From Candidatus Aenigmatarchaeota archaeon (lineage in GTDB: Archaea > Aenigmatarchaeota > Aenigmatarchaeia > CG10238-14 > SCSR01), in assembly GCA_018920185.1 (NCBI GenBank), contig JAHLMT010000001.1, positions 190,717 to 254,716 of the forward strand: a stretch of 64,000 bases of DNA, read 5' to 3'. A program made the position numbers and the translations under genes. The notes under the pieces were generated by a model. It worked only from the letters and a program-made list of their open reading frames with translations, made no database searches and was not told the origin of the DNA. Positions 39,319 through 49,324 of the stretch are shown one piece after another; within the stretch, counting starts at the first letter, position 1, and the number at the start of each line of letters is the position of its first letter.

Positions 39319-39825
39319 TTACTCGCCGATTATTTTTTCCTTAATTTTTTCAAATTCTAGTGGCAAGTTCTTAAACTTTTCAATATGTTGACCTCTTATT
39401 CTCTCATCGCTGGGAAACATTTCTTCATCCACAGGAACGTTCAACCCCGCGTCTTTCGCCCCTTTAACAACAGCGTATATCCTCGAACCCTTTACAGAAG
39501 GGTACAAACCAGAATTCAATACAGCTTCAGTAATGTTTTTTTCTAAAGATCTCTTTCCGATTAACAATCCTGTAAGATAAGCAGCAGGTAGATTATCGCA
39601 TGCAAAATTCCATCCAAGTTTTTTCAATTCTTTACTTGTGGCTGAAGCTAAGATTTTGTCACCTTTTTTATCAAATTCTGCTATTTGAGCTGTGATATAT
39701 TTTAAACTTCGTCGGACAACTAATCGAGGTTTCCCAGATTTTAATAATTTCAACCTCTGCTTGTAATCAGTTTTTCCCTCCCTTCTGCGTTTGAATGGCA
39801 TTTTATATTTAGGAGAAAATTTCAT
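39319..39825 (-). CDS. rpl18: 50S ribosomal protein L18
   Basis: RRREGKTDY, NLPAAYLTG. Confidence 0.95.
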   Translation of the reverse strand: MKFSPKYKMPFKRRREGKTDYKQRLKLLKSGKPRLVVRRSLKYITAQIAEFDKKGDKILASATSKELKKLGWNFACDNLPAAYLTGLLIGKRSLEKNITEAVLNSGLYPSVKGSRIYAVVKGAKDAGLNVPVDEEMFPSDERIRGQHIEKFKNLPLEFEKIKEKIIGE

Positions 39826-39829
39826 AAGA

Positions 39830-40252
39830 TCACTTCTTCAACATATTGTTTTGTTCTATGTAAAGCTTCAAATGTGCTCTACTCCTGAACATACCACCCT
39901 TAACAAGTTTGTATAACTTTCTATAATTAGCATTGTCTAATTGACCTGTAGCTTTCAATTCTCTTAGCATTTTCCTTTGTGGTCTGACGATAGAAATCCA
40001 TCTTCTTTTTCTTGAAATAATAGAATATTTCTTACCTTTTCTGCTTCCAGGTCCGCGTCTTCTCTTTTTAACTTTTCCTCTAACTTTTATCTTTTCTGGT
40101 AGGGCTTTTATCTCACCCTTTTTTATCAGTTTACGTATATCCCATTTGGTGATAGCTTTCTCTATATCTTTCATCTTCTCGGGATTCAACCATACTTTAG
40201 ATATACCCGTTTTCAATACTTTCGCTGCAAGTTTTTTCTGTACACTTGCCAT
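39830..40252 (-). CDS. rpl19e: 50S ribosomal protein L19e
   Basis: QKKLAA, RGPGSRKG, KGGMFRS. Confidence 0.95.
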   Translation of the reverse strand: MASVQKKLAAKVLKTGISKVWLNPEKMKDIEKAITKWDIRKLIKKGEIKALPEKIKVRGKVKKRRRGPGSRKGKKYSIISRKRRWISIVRPQRKMLRELKATGQLDNANYRKLYKLVKGGMFRSRAHLKLYIEQNNMLKK

Positions 40253-40428
40253 AGATTCACTTTATATCAAAACTTTAAAATATAGTTATAAAAAGATTTA
40301 GTGAGTATCTTTATGGGGGAATTTCACAAAATATGAGTGACAAGCCTATAGATAGATGTCAGAATCTAAAAATGTAGAAAAATCCCTTTAGAAAAATTAG
40401 TAGTACCTAAAAAGAAATTTTAATTGCT

Positions 40429-41502
40429 TTAGGAAAATAAGTTAGACAATCTTCTTATTGCCTCCAATTTTTCTCGGTTATTTAGTTGAGCATTTCTGAT
40501 AGCATCTGAAAGAATTTGTATTGTCTTATCATACTGTCTTGTTTTTATCCTATACGGATATCCGTCTTTACCGCCATGAGCAAAAGAAAACTTAACAGGA
40601 TCCCTCCATGAAATTTCAGTTCCAAAAATTAATTCACTACATAATGCTAAAGCTCTAACAGTTTTAACCCCAACTCCTTTTATTGCTAATAGTTCTTCAA
40701 ATTTTTTTGGTTGTATTTCATGAACTTTTATTAAAGTTTCATAATTTTTCAATTCTATATGATGTTGAGATGACATATGCAGATATTTGAAAAGATTAGT
40801 TGATCGTGCATATGAGACAAAATATTTCTTCAAATGTTCAGGGTTATCATTAACCAAATCAACGGAAGCTTTTCTAACTTCTTCGTTCTCTTTAGCAACC
40901 ATGTTCAAAGTTTTACCAGTAACATCACAACAAATAGCTAAATGCGGCTCGTTGACAAAAGAAACAACTTTTTCAGATAACCAATGATATCTGCGCGCAT
41001 AATTATTTTCTAAATTCATTCCCTGCTGTATAACAGACCATTTACCATCTTCCGTAACTATGAATGCATGATGATATAAGGTATATCCATCTTGTACTGC
41101 TACACTATCTACCTTCGCTGACATTCTACTTGCATATTTTAGTTTTTCTATTTCTTTCGTTGATAATGAAAATTTTTCTGATAGCGATTCAATTTCTTGT
41201 GGAACTTTTCTCGATGCCTTACCCTTACCGCCTAAAACAGATATACCGAATTCTTCTAGTTTAGCTTCTTTTAATGCTCCAGTTAATGTTGTAGTCAGAC
41301 CACTTGAATGAAAATCGAAACCTACCAAACAACCAAAAGCTTGAAAGAAAAGGGGATCTGACAGTCTTCTTAAAAATTCATTTTTACCATATTCTTCAAT
41401 AATTATCTGCGAGACTAATTTTGATAATTTAACCATTCTAGGAAATAACCATGTTGGACATCTACCATCGTGCAAAGGTAAGTCTGCTACACCTGTTCTC
41501 AT
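40429..41502 (-). CDS. DUF763 protein
   Basis: ADLPLH, HSSGLTT, AVQDGY.LYHH, FSFAHGGKDG. Confidence 0.9.
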   Translation of the reverse strand: MRTGVADLPLHDGRCPTWLFPRMVKLSKLVSQIIIEEYGKNEFLRRLSDPLFFQAFGCLVGFDFHSSGLTTTLTGALKEAKLEEFGISVLGGKGKASRKVPQEIESLSEKFSLSTKEIEKLKYASRMSAKVDSVAVQDGYTLYHHAFIVTEDGKWSVIQQGMNLENNYARRYHWLSEKVVSFVNEPHLAICCDVTGKTLNMVAKENEEVRKASVDLVNDNPEHLKKYFVSYARSTNLFKYLHMSSQHHIELKNYETLIKVHEIQPKKFEELLAIKGVGVKTVRALALCSELIFGTEISWRDPVKFSFAHGGKDGYPYRIKTRQYDKTIQILSDAIRNAQLNNREKLEAIRRLSNLFS

Positions 41503-41768
41503 AATTTTAGAGTTCTTAGTTTGGATTTAAAGTTATCGGAGGTTTATTTCTTCGTTTTCTCAGCACAAGTATCTATAACCGCTTCTACTTCTTCAGACCT
41601 GGTATTAACTGAAATCTTAGCCTTTTGATAGTTTCCATATCGAATAATTGTTTATATGAATAAATTTTTTAAATTTCCAACCCTAGATATTAAATGCTAT
41701 TACATTAAAGCTTAAAAACAAAATTCGACTATTATTTTTATTAATCAATTTTTAGATCGGCCGATAAA

Positions 41769-41882
41769 ATGCCAGAAGAAACTATAGAACCAGAAGGTGT
41801 ATGTCCTTATTGCAACAAGAAAATCTATATCAACTTAACTGATCACAAACAACTCTGTTACTTTACAAGCAAAAAATATTAA
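41769..41882 (+). CDS. 37-aa C2HC (UBZ-like) zinc-finger protein
   Basis: CPYC-x10-H-x3-C; not in ORF track. Confidence 0.55.
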   Translation: MPEETIEPEGVCPYCNKKIYINLTDHKQLCYFTSKKY

Positions 41883-41906
41883 TTAATTTATACTTTAATT
41901 GATTGT

Positions 41907-42743
41907 ATGGTAAATGAAAGAATTTACGACGAAAGATTTCTTGAAGAACTTTTTACTCGAATTAGAAAAGAAGGATTTGGTAGTGATCTGGATGATCCCT
42001 TCAGTGGGATATTGACTAAATGTGATATCAGATTTTTCTCCAGAAGAGTTAGGATAAACTCTAAAACACTTAAAGAATTACTAATTCGTACAAATAACGA
42101 CAAATCTTTTGTATGGGACGACAAAGAAATTCGTACGCTCATCACTGGAAATAAAATTGAAGCCGAAAATTTTATCGCCGTCAGACCTTACTTTACATCC
42201 AATTATAAAGAGTATGAATATTTTGATATAAATTCAGGGAAACGATTAATAACAACTAAAAAATTATTCTCGAATGAAGAAACATTAAAAAAACTGTATT
42301 TAGAATTAGGGGAAATAACAGGTTTTCTCCACTCCCACGTGTGGACTAATTTTTGTTTCCCTTCTAAAGGAGATTACGAGCAGTTATTTTACACATTCGC
42401 TGAATGTTCTATAAGGAAAGGTAGATTACCTTATTTTATCATCTTAAATTCTCAAGCATTCGAAGATCCTGAAAAGTATGTGGCAGAAACATGGAAAAAT
42501 AATAATCTAGGTTTTTACATATATTATGCGGGAAAGAGCTTTGAATCGATGGAAACAAATCCGTTGAGAAAAATTGTTCTTACTGCAAGAGCGAGATTAA
42601 TTTATAGACAATTTTCCAAAAGCATACTTTTTAACAAAGGGAAACAAAAAGAAGAGAACTATCTAGGTTTTGAAGAACCAAGAGAATTAAAATCTTGGGA
42701 AAGACGCTGTATTTTACTCCCACGTGTTGTAGAATTAGTATAA
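41907..42743 (+). CDS. JAB/MPN+ domain metalloprotein
   Basis: GFLHSHVWTNFCFPSKGD fits JAMM H-x-H-x7-S-x2-D with one extra spacer residue. Confidence 0.65.
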   Translation: MVNERIYDERFLEELFTRIRKEGFGSDLDDPFSGILTKCDIRFFSRRVRINSKTLKELLIRTNNDKSFVWDDKEIRTLITGNKIEAENFIAVRPYFTSNYKEYEYFDINSGKRLITTKKLFSNEETLKKLYLELGEITGFLHSHVWTNFCFPSKGDYEQLFYTFAECSIRKGRLPYFIILNSQAFEDPEKYVAETWKNNNLGFYIYYAGKSFESMETNPLRKIVLTARARLIYRQFSKSILFNKGKQKEENYLGFEEPRELKSWERRCILLPRVVELV

Positions 42744-42748
42744 ACTTC

Positions 42749-43087
42749 TCAAGGATTCAAAATTTTCAATTTCTTTTCTTCAGCTTTCTTCAAAATTTCA
42801 TTTCTCTTTTTGTTACCAACAGAAGAAGCGATTTTAACAGCTTCCTTTTCTGGATTAATTTTTTCCAGATCTTTCACATTATGAACCAGAACCTCTTTCA
42901 ACCCAGAAGGGTGCAAATATCTCATTTCTTTAGGTGCACCATATCCAACAGTTGGCATAGGTAGTCTACCTTTTAACTTCATACGTATCTTACTGTTGAT
43001 ACCTTGGGGTTTTCTCCAAGAAGATCTCACTCTTTTTAATGATGCTGATAGCCATCTCACGAATTTTGGATTATTTCTCGGATTCAT
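42749..43087 (-). CDS. rpl32e: 50S ribosomal protein L32e
   Basis: WRKPQG, VGYGAP, LHPSG, KILNP. Confidence 0.93.
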   Translation of the reverse strand: MNPRNNPKFVRWLSASLKRVRSSWRKPQGINSKIRMKLKGRLPMPTVGYGAPKEMRYLHPSGLKEVLVHNVKDLEKINPEKEAVKIASSVGNKKRNEILKKAEEKKLKILNP

Positions 43088-43092
43088 AAAAA

Positions 43093-43620
43093 TCATTTTT
43101 TACCTTTTATCAAATATATACCATCTGAGAACCTCCGCCTATCATATCCTACTATCCTACAACTTTGCTCAATATTAGACGCCGTTGCTCCAACTTCTTC
43201 CAAGTCATTTCCTGTAATAGTTATCTCCTGTCCTTCAATCTTTACTTGAGTATTTCCAACTATATTTGCTATCCTCGATGTTCTTTCACCCAGAAAATTC
43301 TGAATCACAACCTTATTACCATCAACTTTAACATTCATGGGGAAATGGCTGTAAACTATCCTCATTTTATAGACATATCCTTCTGTTACCCCAACAATCA
43401 TGTTTCTAATATGTGCAACTATAGTTCCAACAAGAGCTTTTGTTTTCCTACTGGCTGATTCTGAATTAACTATTAATTTTTTATCTTGCTTCTGTATTTT
43501 AACATCATGAGTTAGTTTAAACTCTCTCTTCAATTCACCTCTACTACCAGAAACCTTTACCTTATTTCCTTCAACTTCAACAGACACATCGTCGGGTATA
43601 GCAATTTCTCTTGAGTACAT
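43093..43620 (-). CDS. rpl6: 50S ribosomal protein L6
   Basis: YSHFPM, NFLGE, DRRRFSDGIY. Confidence 0.95.
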   Translation of the reverse strand: MYSREIAIPDDVSVEVEGNKVKVSGSRGELKREFKLTHDVKIQKQDKKLIVNSESASRKTKALVGTIVAHIRNMIVGVTEGYVYKMRIVYSHFPMNVKVDGNKVVIQNFLGERTSRIANIVGNTQVKIEGQEITITGNDLEEVGATASNIEQSCRIVGYDRRRFSDGIYLIKGKK

Positions 43621-43629
43621 GCAACCACC

Positions 43630-44016
43630 TCAATAAACATACGAAAGTAACCTACCACCAAGATGAAGTTCTCTTGCTTTCTTATGACTCATCACACCTC
43701 TTGAGGTGGAGACTATCAGTATCCCAATATTACGTGCAGGGAGATACCTCTTTTCCCATTTCTCGTATTCATCAACAGCTACAGCAAATCTCGGTTTTAT
43801 AGCTTTTGTATCTATCACCTTTCCTTTTAATTCAACTTTAAACATCCCGCTTTTGCCATCATTTATTTTTTCGAAAGTACCAATATACCCATTCTCTTGC
43901 ATAACTTTTAAAACATTGCCTAACAGTTTGCTTGCTTTAACTACACATTTACCTTTTCCTATTCTCTCTGCATTTCTTATGACAGTCAACGCATCTGCTA
44001 AAGGGTCTTGTAGCAT
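43630..44016 (-). CDS. rps8: 30S ribosomal protein S8
   Basis: [26 protein letters not shown]. Confidence 0.95.
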   Translation of the reverse strand: MLQDPLADALTVIRNAERIGKGKCVVKASKLLGNVLKVMQENGYIGTFEKINDGKSGMFKVELKGKVIDTKAIKPRFAVAVDEYEKWEKRYLPARNIGILIVSTSRGVMSHKKARELHLGGRLLSYVY

Positions 44017-44075
44017 AAATTCTCTCTAATATGTAATGGAATAGAATTTAAAAAGTTTAAAGAAATTGAACTGAA

Positions 44076-44825
44076 TCATTCTTCACTTACACGAGGAGCC
44101 AAAACAAATGTCATGCTAACCTTATCTCCAGATTTAAATTCCAACTTCATCGGATAATCCTGCCCCAATCTAACAGTTGCACTATCAGCAATCTTCGAAG
44201 CTTTTATCATTTTCTTCAGATAATCTATCGGATATCTCGATCTAACTTCATTCTTCGTTTCCAAGTTCAACAAACCTTCACTACCGCGTTCTAATTCAAG
44301 CTCAGCTCTACTGACATCTCCTTCAGCTCGTATAATAAATCTATCTTTTAAAGCCTCAAACAAAACTGCATCGGAAATTATATCAGCATCTTCTATTCCC
44401 GATTCCAATATATGCGGTTTCACTTCAACTTTTGCCTGAAATTCCAACTGGTGTATTGGTGGTATTTCTTCCTGACTTATATCTAACAAAGGCACAACAA
44501 ACCTTCTTTTAGACAGACCTTCTAACTTAATCTCAAGTTTCGAATCTAACAAATTCAATGTCATCTTATCATTAGCACCAACTCGTTTCAGAACAGATAA
44601 CAAGTTTGTAATATTCAATCCAATTTTCTGTTCATTATCTAGCCTATATTCATCAAATGCAGTAGAAGACATCTTAAAATCGACAACAGAAACCATTGCC
44701 CTATCAGCAGCGATAAAAGATATACCATCTTTGTTCAGGTTAAATATCCCTTCATCTATCAACTCACCAATAGTAGAGATAGCATTCACGAACAGTCTAG
44801 GGTCGGATAACTTAGCTGTAAACAT
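44076..44825 (-). CDS. pcn: PCNA sliding clamp
   Basis: ADRAMVSVVD, LGQDYPMK, LAPRV. Confidence 0.93.
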   Translation of the reverse strand: MFTAKLSDPRLFVNAISTIGELIDEGIFNLNKDGISFIAADRAMVSVVDFKMSSTAFDEYRLDNEQKIGLNITNLLSVLKRVGANDKMTLNLLDSKLEIKLEGLSKRRFVVPLLDISQEEIPPIHQLEFQAKVEVKPHILESGIEDADIISDAVLFEALKDRFIIRAEGDVSRAELELERGSEGLLNLETKNEVRSRYPIDYLKKMIKASKIADSATVRLGQDYPMKLEFKSGDKVSMTFVLAPRVSEE

Positions 44826-45116
44826 TCATATACCTGCTTTATTATATAGTTCCTTAACCTTTTTAAATAGATTTAAATCTAGCCCTTCTAAATCTTGTAT
44901 GACATCAGCCTTTAGTTTCTCCTCAATAACAGAACAAAATACACGAACTAACCTACCTTTTTCAACTTGTGAATCAGAAATTATTTCTATCTTACCTGTG
45001 TCATCAGATAAAATAAACGAATTATTGCTTGCAGCAATTACCTTTCCTACTATCGAGACTCTCAAATCTTTAGGATTAACTTCAGAAATTTGTTTTGGGA
45101 TATATCGTACTTGCAT
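44826..45116 (-). CDS. small OB-fold RPA subunit (RPA14-like)
   Basis: RVSIVGKV...LSDDTGKIEI...LDLNLF; start taken as ATG 45116. Confidence 0.75.
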   Translation of the reverse strand: MQVRYIPKQISEVNPKDLRVSIVGKVIAASNNSFILSDDTGKIEIISDSQVEKGRLVRVFCSVIEEKLKADVIQDLEGLDLNLFKKVKELYNKAGI

Positions 45117-45147
45117 TAATTTTAGTTCTAAATAAAAACTTAAATAG

Positions 45148-45477
45148 TCAACCGTAAGAACGCCAAGAATAACCACATTTTGTACATCTATAAAACATTG
45201 TTGGTGGTTCGTCTGTTGAACGGGTCTGTTGCATCCACCAATAAGCTTCCATATTTTCACATTTGGGACAAATTATTTTTGTTTTCGGCAATTCAGCAAA
45301 TTGATCCTTTTCAGTCATCACAATAATTTTCTTTTTTCCTTCTGTAATAGCAGAACCTATTCTAAGTTTCTCACCCTTTGTTTTATAAACACGCTTGCAT
45401 TTGCGGCAAACAAGATAAATATTCTTTCTCTTCTTTTCAACTACAAGCAAGTTTCCGCATTTCTCACAAAATCTCAT
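45148..45477 (-). CDS. tfs: transcription factor S
   Basis: FCEKCG, CPKC, QTRSTDEPPTMFYRC. Confidence 0.93.
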   Translation of the reverse strand: MRFCEKCGNLLVVEKKRKNIYLVCRKCKRVYKTKGEKLRIGSAITEGKKKIIVMTEKDQFAELPKTKIICPKCENMEAYWWMQQTRSTDEPPTMFYRCTKCGYSWRSYG

Positions 45478-45999
45478 TTATACACCAAATATCCTATTGA
45501 CCACGACTTTAAAATAACCGATTTTAGGTATTATAAAGATTACCTTCCCCTTTATCTGTTCTGGTTTGATGCTGAATTCATAACTCAACTGACCAGAATT
45601 GTTATCCCCCTTTGTTTGGTATGTTCCATCATCATTAATTTTTATTATCCTATGAATTATAGGTGCTCTGATTCCTTCAACAGAATAAACGATAACATCT
45701 CCAACTTGATATTTATCTTGCTTTTTAACAATAGGCATGTCTCCTACAGAGAAACCATTTGGTATCGGCCAAGAGCTTATATATGTTCTGTTGTAGCCAT
45801 AATTTTTTTCCAACCATTGATAATAATCTTGTTCTACAGATGCATCATGCAGCATCGAGTTACTGACAACTGCAACTACAGGTGTGTTATTTCCAAGAAC
45901 GGTTGAAAGAATCACGTAATAGAATATCACAGCTGCCAAGAATCCTAACAAAACGTTTCCCCACCACGTATCAGTTAAAATCTTTAGTGATATTTTCAT
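45478..45999 (-). CDS. signal peptidase I (Sec11-type)
   Basis: VVSNSM, IIHRI, TKGDNN. Confidence 0.88.
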   Translation of the reverse strand: MKISLKILTDTWWGNVLLGFLAAVIFYYVILSTVLGNNTPVVAVVSNSMLHDASVEQDYYQWLEKNYGYNRTYISSWPIPNGFSVGDMPIVKKQDKYQVGDVIVYSVEGIRAPIIHRIIKINDDGTYQTKGDNNSGQLSYEFSIKPEQIKGKVIFIIPKIGYFKVVVNRIFGV

Positions 46000-46577
46000 G
46001 CTCTTCCACTACTTTCCCCTTTTACTATTGCAGTTGCAATCAAATGTGCTACCCTTAATGGTTCCGGTATATCTCCGTGAGTTGAACTTAATCTTATGAC
46101 CTCTTCAGCATCTTCATCTTCCAAACCAACTGCCTGGTAATAAACTTTCTTAGAGTCTCTCAATTCACAAATTTTTATTTTTCCAGCATTTAAAATCATT
46201 TTCCATCTTTTTCCAAAATCGGCGAAGTTATTTTTTAAAGCATATTTAACAGATTCCAGATTAGGATGCTTTCTATTAATTACAATAATTGGTAAATTTA
46301 CTTTCCTATACAATTGCTTCACATCAATGATATTAAATCCCCCAAGGGTAATACCATCGAACATCAAAACTTTTAATTGCGGTTTATGTCTAGAGTTATT
46401 GATTAGTTTAATCAATCTTTCTGTTGCGTCCAGTCCATCAACACTCACTTCTGTTTTCAAAACAACATCCAGAAAACTACCACCACGATATATTACACCA
46501 ATAACATCAACTTTTTTATCGGTTCTTTTGAAAGGTGCATCATCGAATCCTAGAATTCTTATTTCTGGTTTAAACAT
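45996..46577 (-). CDS. DUF99 endonuclease V-like protein
   Basis: GFDDAPF, VDGLDAT, DGITLGGFN, PEPLRVAH. Confidence 0.9.
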   Translation of the reverse strand: MFKPEIRILGFDDAPFKRTDKKVDVIGVIYRGGSFLDVVLKTEVSVDGLDATERLIKLINNSRHKPQLKVLMFDGITLGGFNIIDVKQLYRKVNLPIIVINRKHPNLESVKYALKNNFADFGKRWKMILNAGKIKICELRDSKKVYYQAVGLEDEDAEEVIRLSSTHGDIPEPLRVAHLIATAIVKGESSGRA

Positions 46578-46638
46578 AATCTAACTAACTAAATGATGGG
46601 AAAAGAATATTTAAAGCTAACACCAAAATTATAAGTTT

Positions 46639-46812
46639 ATGGTAAAAAAACTTTTCCCAGAAGCTATGGCACGATTATATTCACGAGTATTTGTTTGTAG
46701 AGTATGTTCAACAAAAATAAGAGCAGATCCTGCAAAAGTGAGGTTAGGAAAGGTTAAATGTAGAAATTGTAAATCACGGGCTTTACGTCCTAAGAGAAAA
46801 CCTTTGATGTGA
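46639..46812 (+). CDS. rpl40e: 50S ribosomal protein L40e
   Basis: FPEAMARL...CRVC...CRNC..RALRPK; 57 aa, below ORF-track cutoff. Confidence 0.9.
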   Translation: MVKKLFPEAMARLYSRVFVCRVCSTKIRADPAKVRLGKVKCRNCKSRALRPKRKPLM

Positions 46813-46816
46813 TCAG

Positions 46817-47077
46817 ATGGATAGTAAACTGATTAGAAAATGGAAAGATTCTGGATTGAAACCAAGTAATTTTGAATTTCTCACAAATCGTCCCACCCTT
46901 GTTATAGGGAAATTACCAAATCGAGATGCAGAAGTCGAATATATCTGCCCCTATTGTAATTTTTATGAAATAAAAACAATTCAAATGGAAAAGGGGAAGA
47001 AAAAATTCAAACGCCCGAATTTCCATTGTTCAGAATGTAACAAAATTATAGAAGTACCTGAACTAAAATCAAAATAA
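46817..47077 (+). CDS. zinc-ribbon hypothetical protein
   Basis: CPYC...CSEC. Confidence 0.65.
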   Translation: MDSKLIRKWKDSGLKPSNFEFLTNRPTLVIGKLPNRDAEVEYICPYCNFYEIKTIQMEKGKKKFKRPNFHCSECNKIIEVPELKSK

Positions 47078-47078
47078 C

Positions 47079-49049
47079 CTAAGTGAAAAACTTACTTGTT
47101 GCTAATATATTTCTATCTTCATCTAATAATCCTGTGTTTGGATAATTCCAATGCTCACCTAAGAGAGTTTGGGCCCATTGTATACTTCCTGATGAATAAC
47201 CATAACTATCTGGGTGCGGCAAACCGAAGGCATGTCCTAATTCATGAGCTAACGCACCGACCCCAAAACCGTATATCTTACCACTAGGTAACCATGTGTT
47301 CATACAACTGTCCTTTGCATTCGGTGGGTTATCAACTGTGAAATATCTATCTTTAACTCGTGCACAATCGTTATCTAGTGTTGCATATATGGCAGCATCC
47401 CCAACCATTGCAAATCCTCCACCAGTAGGATACTGTCTAGCTCCTGCGTATCCACCACCGCCTATAGCAAGAACCCACACAATCCTGTTCGAAGGAAACT
47501 GGTTCCAATCTTGATGAACTGGATAACCTTTGTTCCTAAGTTCTGTTATTATATTCGCTTCGAATTGATTAGCTACAGCACAATTAGTCGCCCCATTACA
47601 CCAGTAAAATTCATTAAACTCATTACCCGCGACAACTGATAAAGGCAGAGCCTGAAATGTTTTATTGTTATTATTATTGAAATAGAACTTTCTTATCTCA
47701 AAAATTTTCTCTCTAAAGAAACCAACCAAGGTATTATCTACTGTGTAATTTTTTGTAAAGAATATAATAGGATAAACTAAATTGTCTAATATTTTATAAG
47801 TACTAGAGTTATAAGATTTGTAATTATTGTTAGCATTATTTGTCACATTTACAAAAAATGTGTAATCCCCAGCCGTAACAGAATTCGAATCAACAGGATT
47901 TAGAATCATCGATGTATTAATCGTATTTCCCGAATTTATAGTTAACATAGAATCTTTTAAAGAACATGAAAAAACGGATGGACATGAAACAGACAAAGAA
48001 AATAATTCAGCACCACAATTATAGTCGTCATTGTTTTTTATAGCTATAGAATAATTCATTCCCATATATTCAAATGGATTAGACAAAGAAATTAGTACTG
48101 TAGGATTTCTCCTAATACAGGGTTCAATACTAACTAATAATTCTGCCGATTTTGTTATTGTTCCATTCGTTGCTAAAACTGTTATTTTATGTGTTCCTAA
48201 TTGCGCATTTGCTTCCGTTAAAATTGTGAGAAGAGATGTAAAAGGAGGTGTGCCATTTTGAGAAGTGAATAGTAAGTTTGTGCCTGTTGAATTATCTGTA
48301 GCTAACAATGTTACTGTTTGTGTAGTGCCGTTTGTTAAATTAATGAATACTAAAACTGAAACCTTATCACCTCTGTAGATAGATACACTTGAAGTGTTAA
48401 GAGCTACGTCAAAATTAAATTGTGAAATATCTGATCTTAAAAACACGACTTCTAATGAATGATTTTTGTCCATCTTAATTATTATCGGATTACTGAATAC
48501 TTTCACACCGTCTAAAAGATAATGTGAAAATGTGTAATTTCTATCAGGAGTTGCATCAACTTTAACTTCACTACCTTCTTGATATTCGTATACACCAATT
48601 CCAGGTGTTGTATTTCCTCTCCCCACAATTCCAATGGATAGTTTGTATATTTTCAACGACAATTCTGGTTCAGTCGATGGTGGTTTAGGAAAAACGAGTT
48701 CTAATGATTTATTAATATTTCCTAGTTCTACAGCAATGTTTATTCTTTCTTCAAACGATGGCAACTCTGATAATTTGATAATATAGGTAGAATTAGGTGG
48801 TATCTCATTCTTATTTGTTATTTGCAACAAAGTATTTCCAAAATAAATTTTGAGACTTCCTTCAGGAATAATCTTGGTACCAATATTCTGAACTAAAATA
48901 TTTGAGCCCTCCTGTTTTAAATAAAAATCAATAAATGTAGGTTTTTCTTTGATTCCAGATTCGTGTGTGGTCAATAAAAGAATTACATAAGATACACTTA
49001 CACTAACCAGTATTAATGCAACTACTATAATCGCTGTTCCAGAGACCAA
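47079..49049 (-). CDS. membrane-anchored multi-domain surface protein with C-terminal zinc metalloprotease
   Basis: N-terminal TM, Ig-like segments, HELGHAFGLPH. Confidence 0.8.
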   Translation of the reverse strand: MVSGTAIIVVALILVSVSVSYVILLLTTHESGIKEKPTFIDFYLKQEGSNILVQNIGTKIIPEGSLKIYFGNTLLQITNKNEIPPNSTYIIKLSELPSFEERINIAVELGNINKSLELVFPKPPSTEPELSLKIYKLSIGIVGRGNTTPGIGVYEYQEGSEVKVDATPDRNYTFSHYLLDGVKVFSNPIIIKMDKNHSLEVVFLRSDISQFNFDVALNTSSVSIYRGDKVSVLVFINLTNGTTQTVTLLATDNSTGTNLLFTSQNGTPPFTSLLTILTEANAQLGTHKITVLATNGTITKSAELLVSIEPCIRRNPTVLISLSNPFEYMGMNYSIAIKNNDDYNCGAELFSLSVSCPSVFSCSLKDSMLTINSGNTINTSMILNPVDSNSVTAGDYTFFVNVTNNANNNYKSYNSSTYKILDNLVYPIIFFTKNYTVDNTLVGFFREKIFEIRKFYFNNNNNKTFQALPLSVVAGNEFNEFYWCNGATNCAVANQFEANIITELRNKGYPVHQDWNQFPSNRIVWVLAIGGGGYAGARQYPTGGGFAMVGDAAIYATLDNDCARVKDRYFTVDNPPNAKDSCMNTWLPSGKIYGFGVGALAHELGHAFGLPHPDSYGYSSGSIQWAQTLLGEHWNYPNTGLLDEDRNILATSKFFT

Positions 49050-49201
49050 CTAATCACTAATTATATTATTTTTTAACAGCCATAAATTGAGATATACCAT
49101 TGCTGAGTTTTCACTATCTGGGTTCTAAATCTTTTGGTGGATTGGGGTATAACCTTCTTATAAAATCAAATTTTTAAATATCATAATGTAAGATACACAA
49201 T

Positions 49202-49286
49202 GCTCGGGTGGCCGAATGGCGAGGCAGACATAAAGGCATAACCGCCTGCAGAGCGGCGTAAATGGGTTCGATTCCCATCCCGAGCT
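49202..49286 (+). tRNA. tRNA-Cys(GCA) with ~14-nt non-canonical intron
   Basis: acceptor GCTCGGG/CCCGAGC, U73, CCGC-CTGCAGA-GCGG, ATGGGTTCGATTCCCAT; 14 extra nt between D and anticodon arms. Confidence 0.85.
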
Positions 49287-49324
49287 TAAGATTATAATTT
49301 AAAAATATCACAATTACACATATT

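Noticed and set aside
45229-45906. 225-aa plus-strand ORF and many similar antisense ORFs
   Set aside because: Shadows of well-supported genes on the opposite strand (here tfs and signal peptidase)
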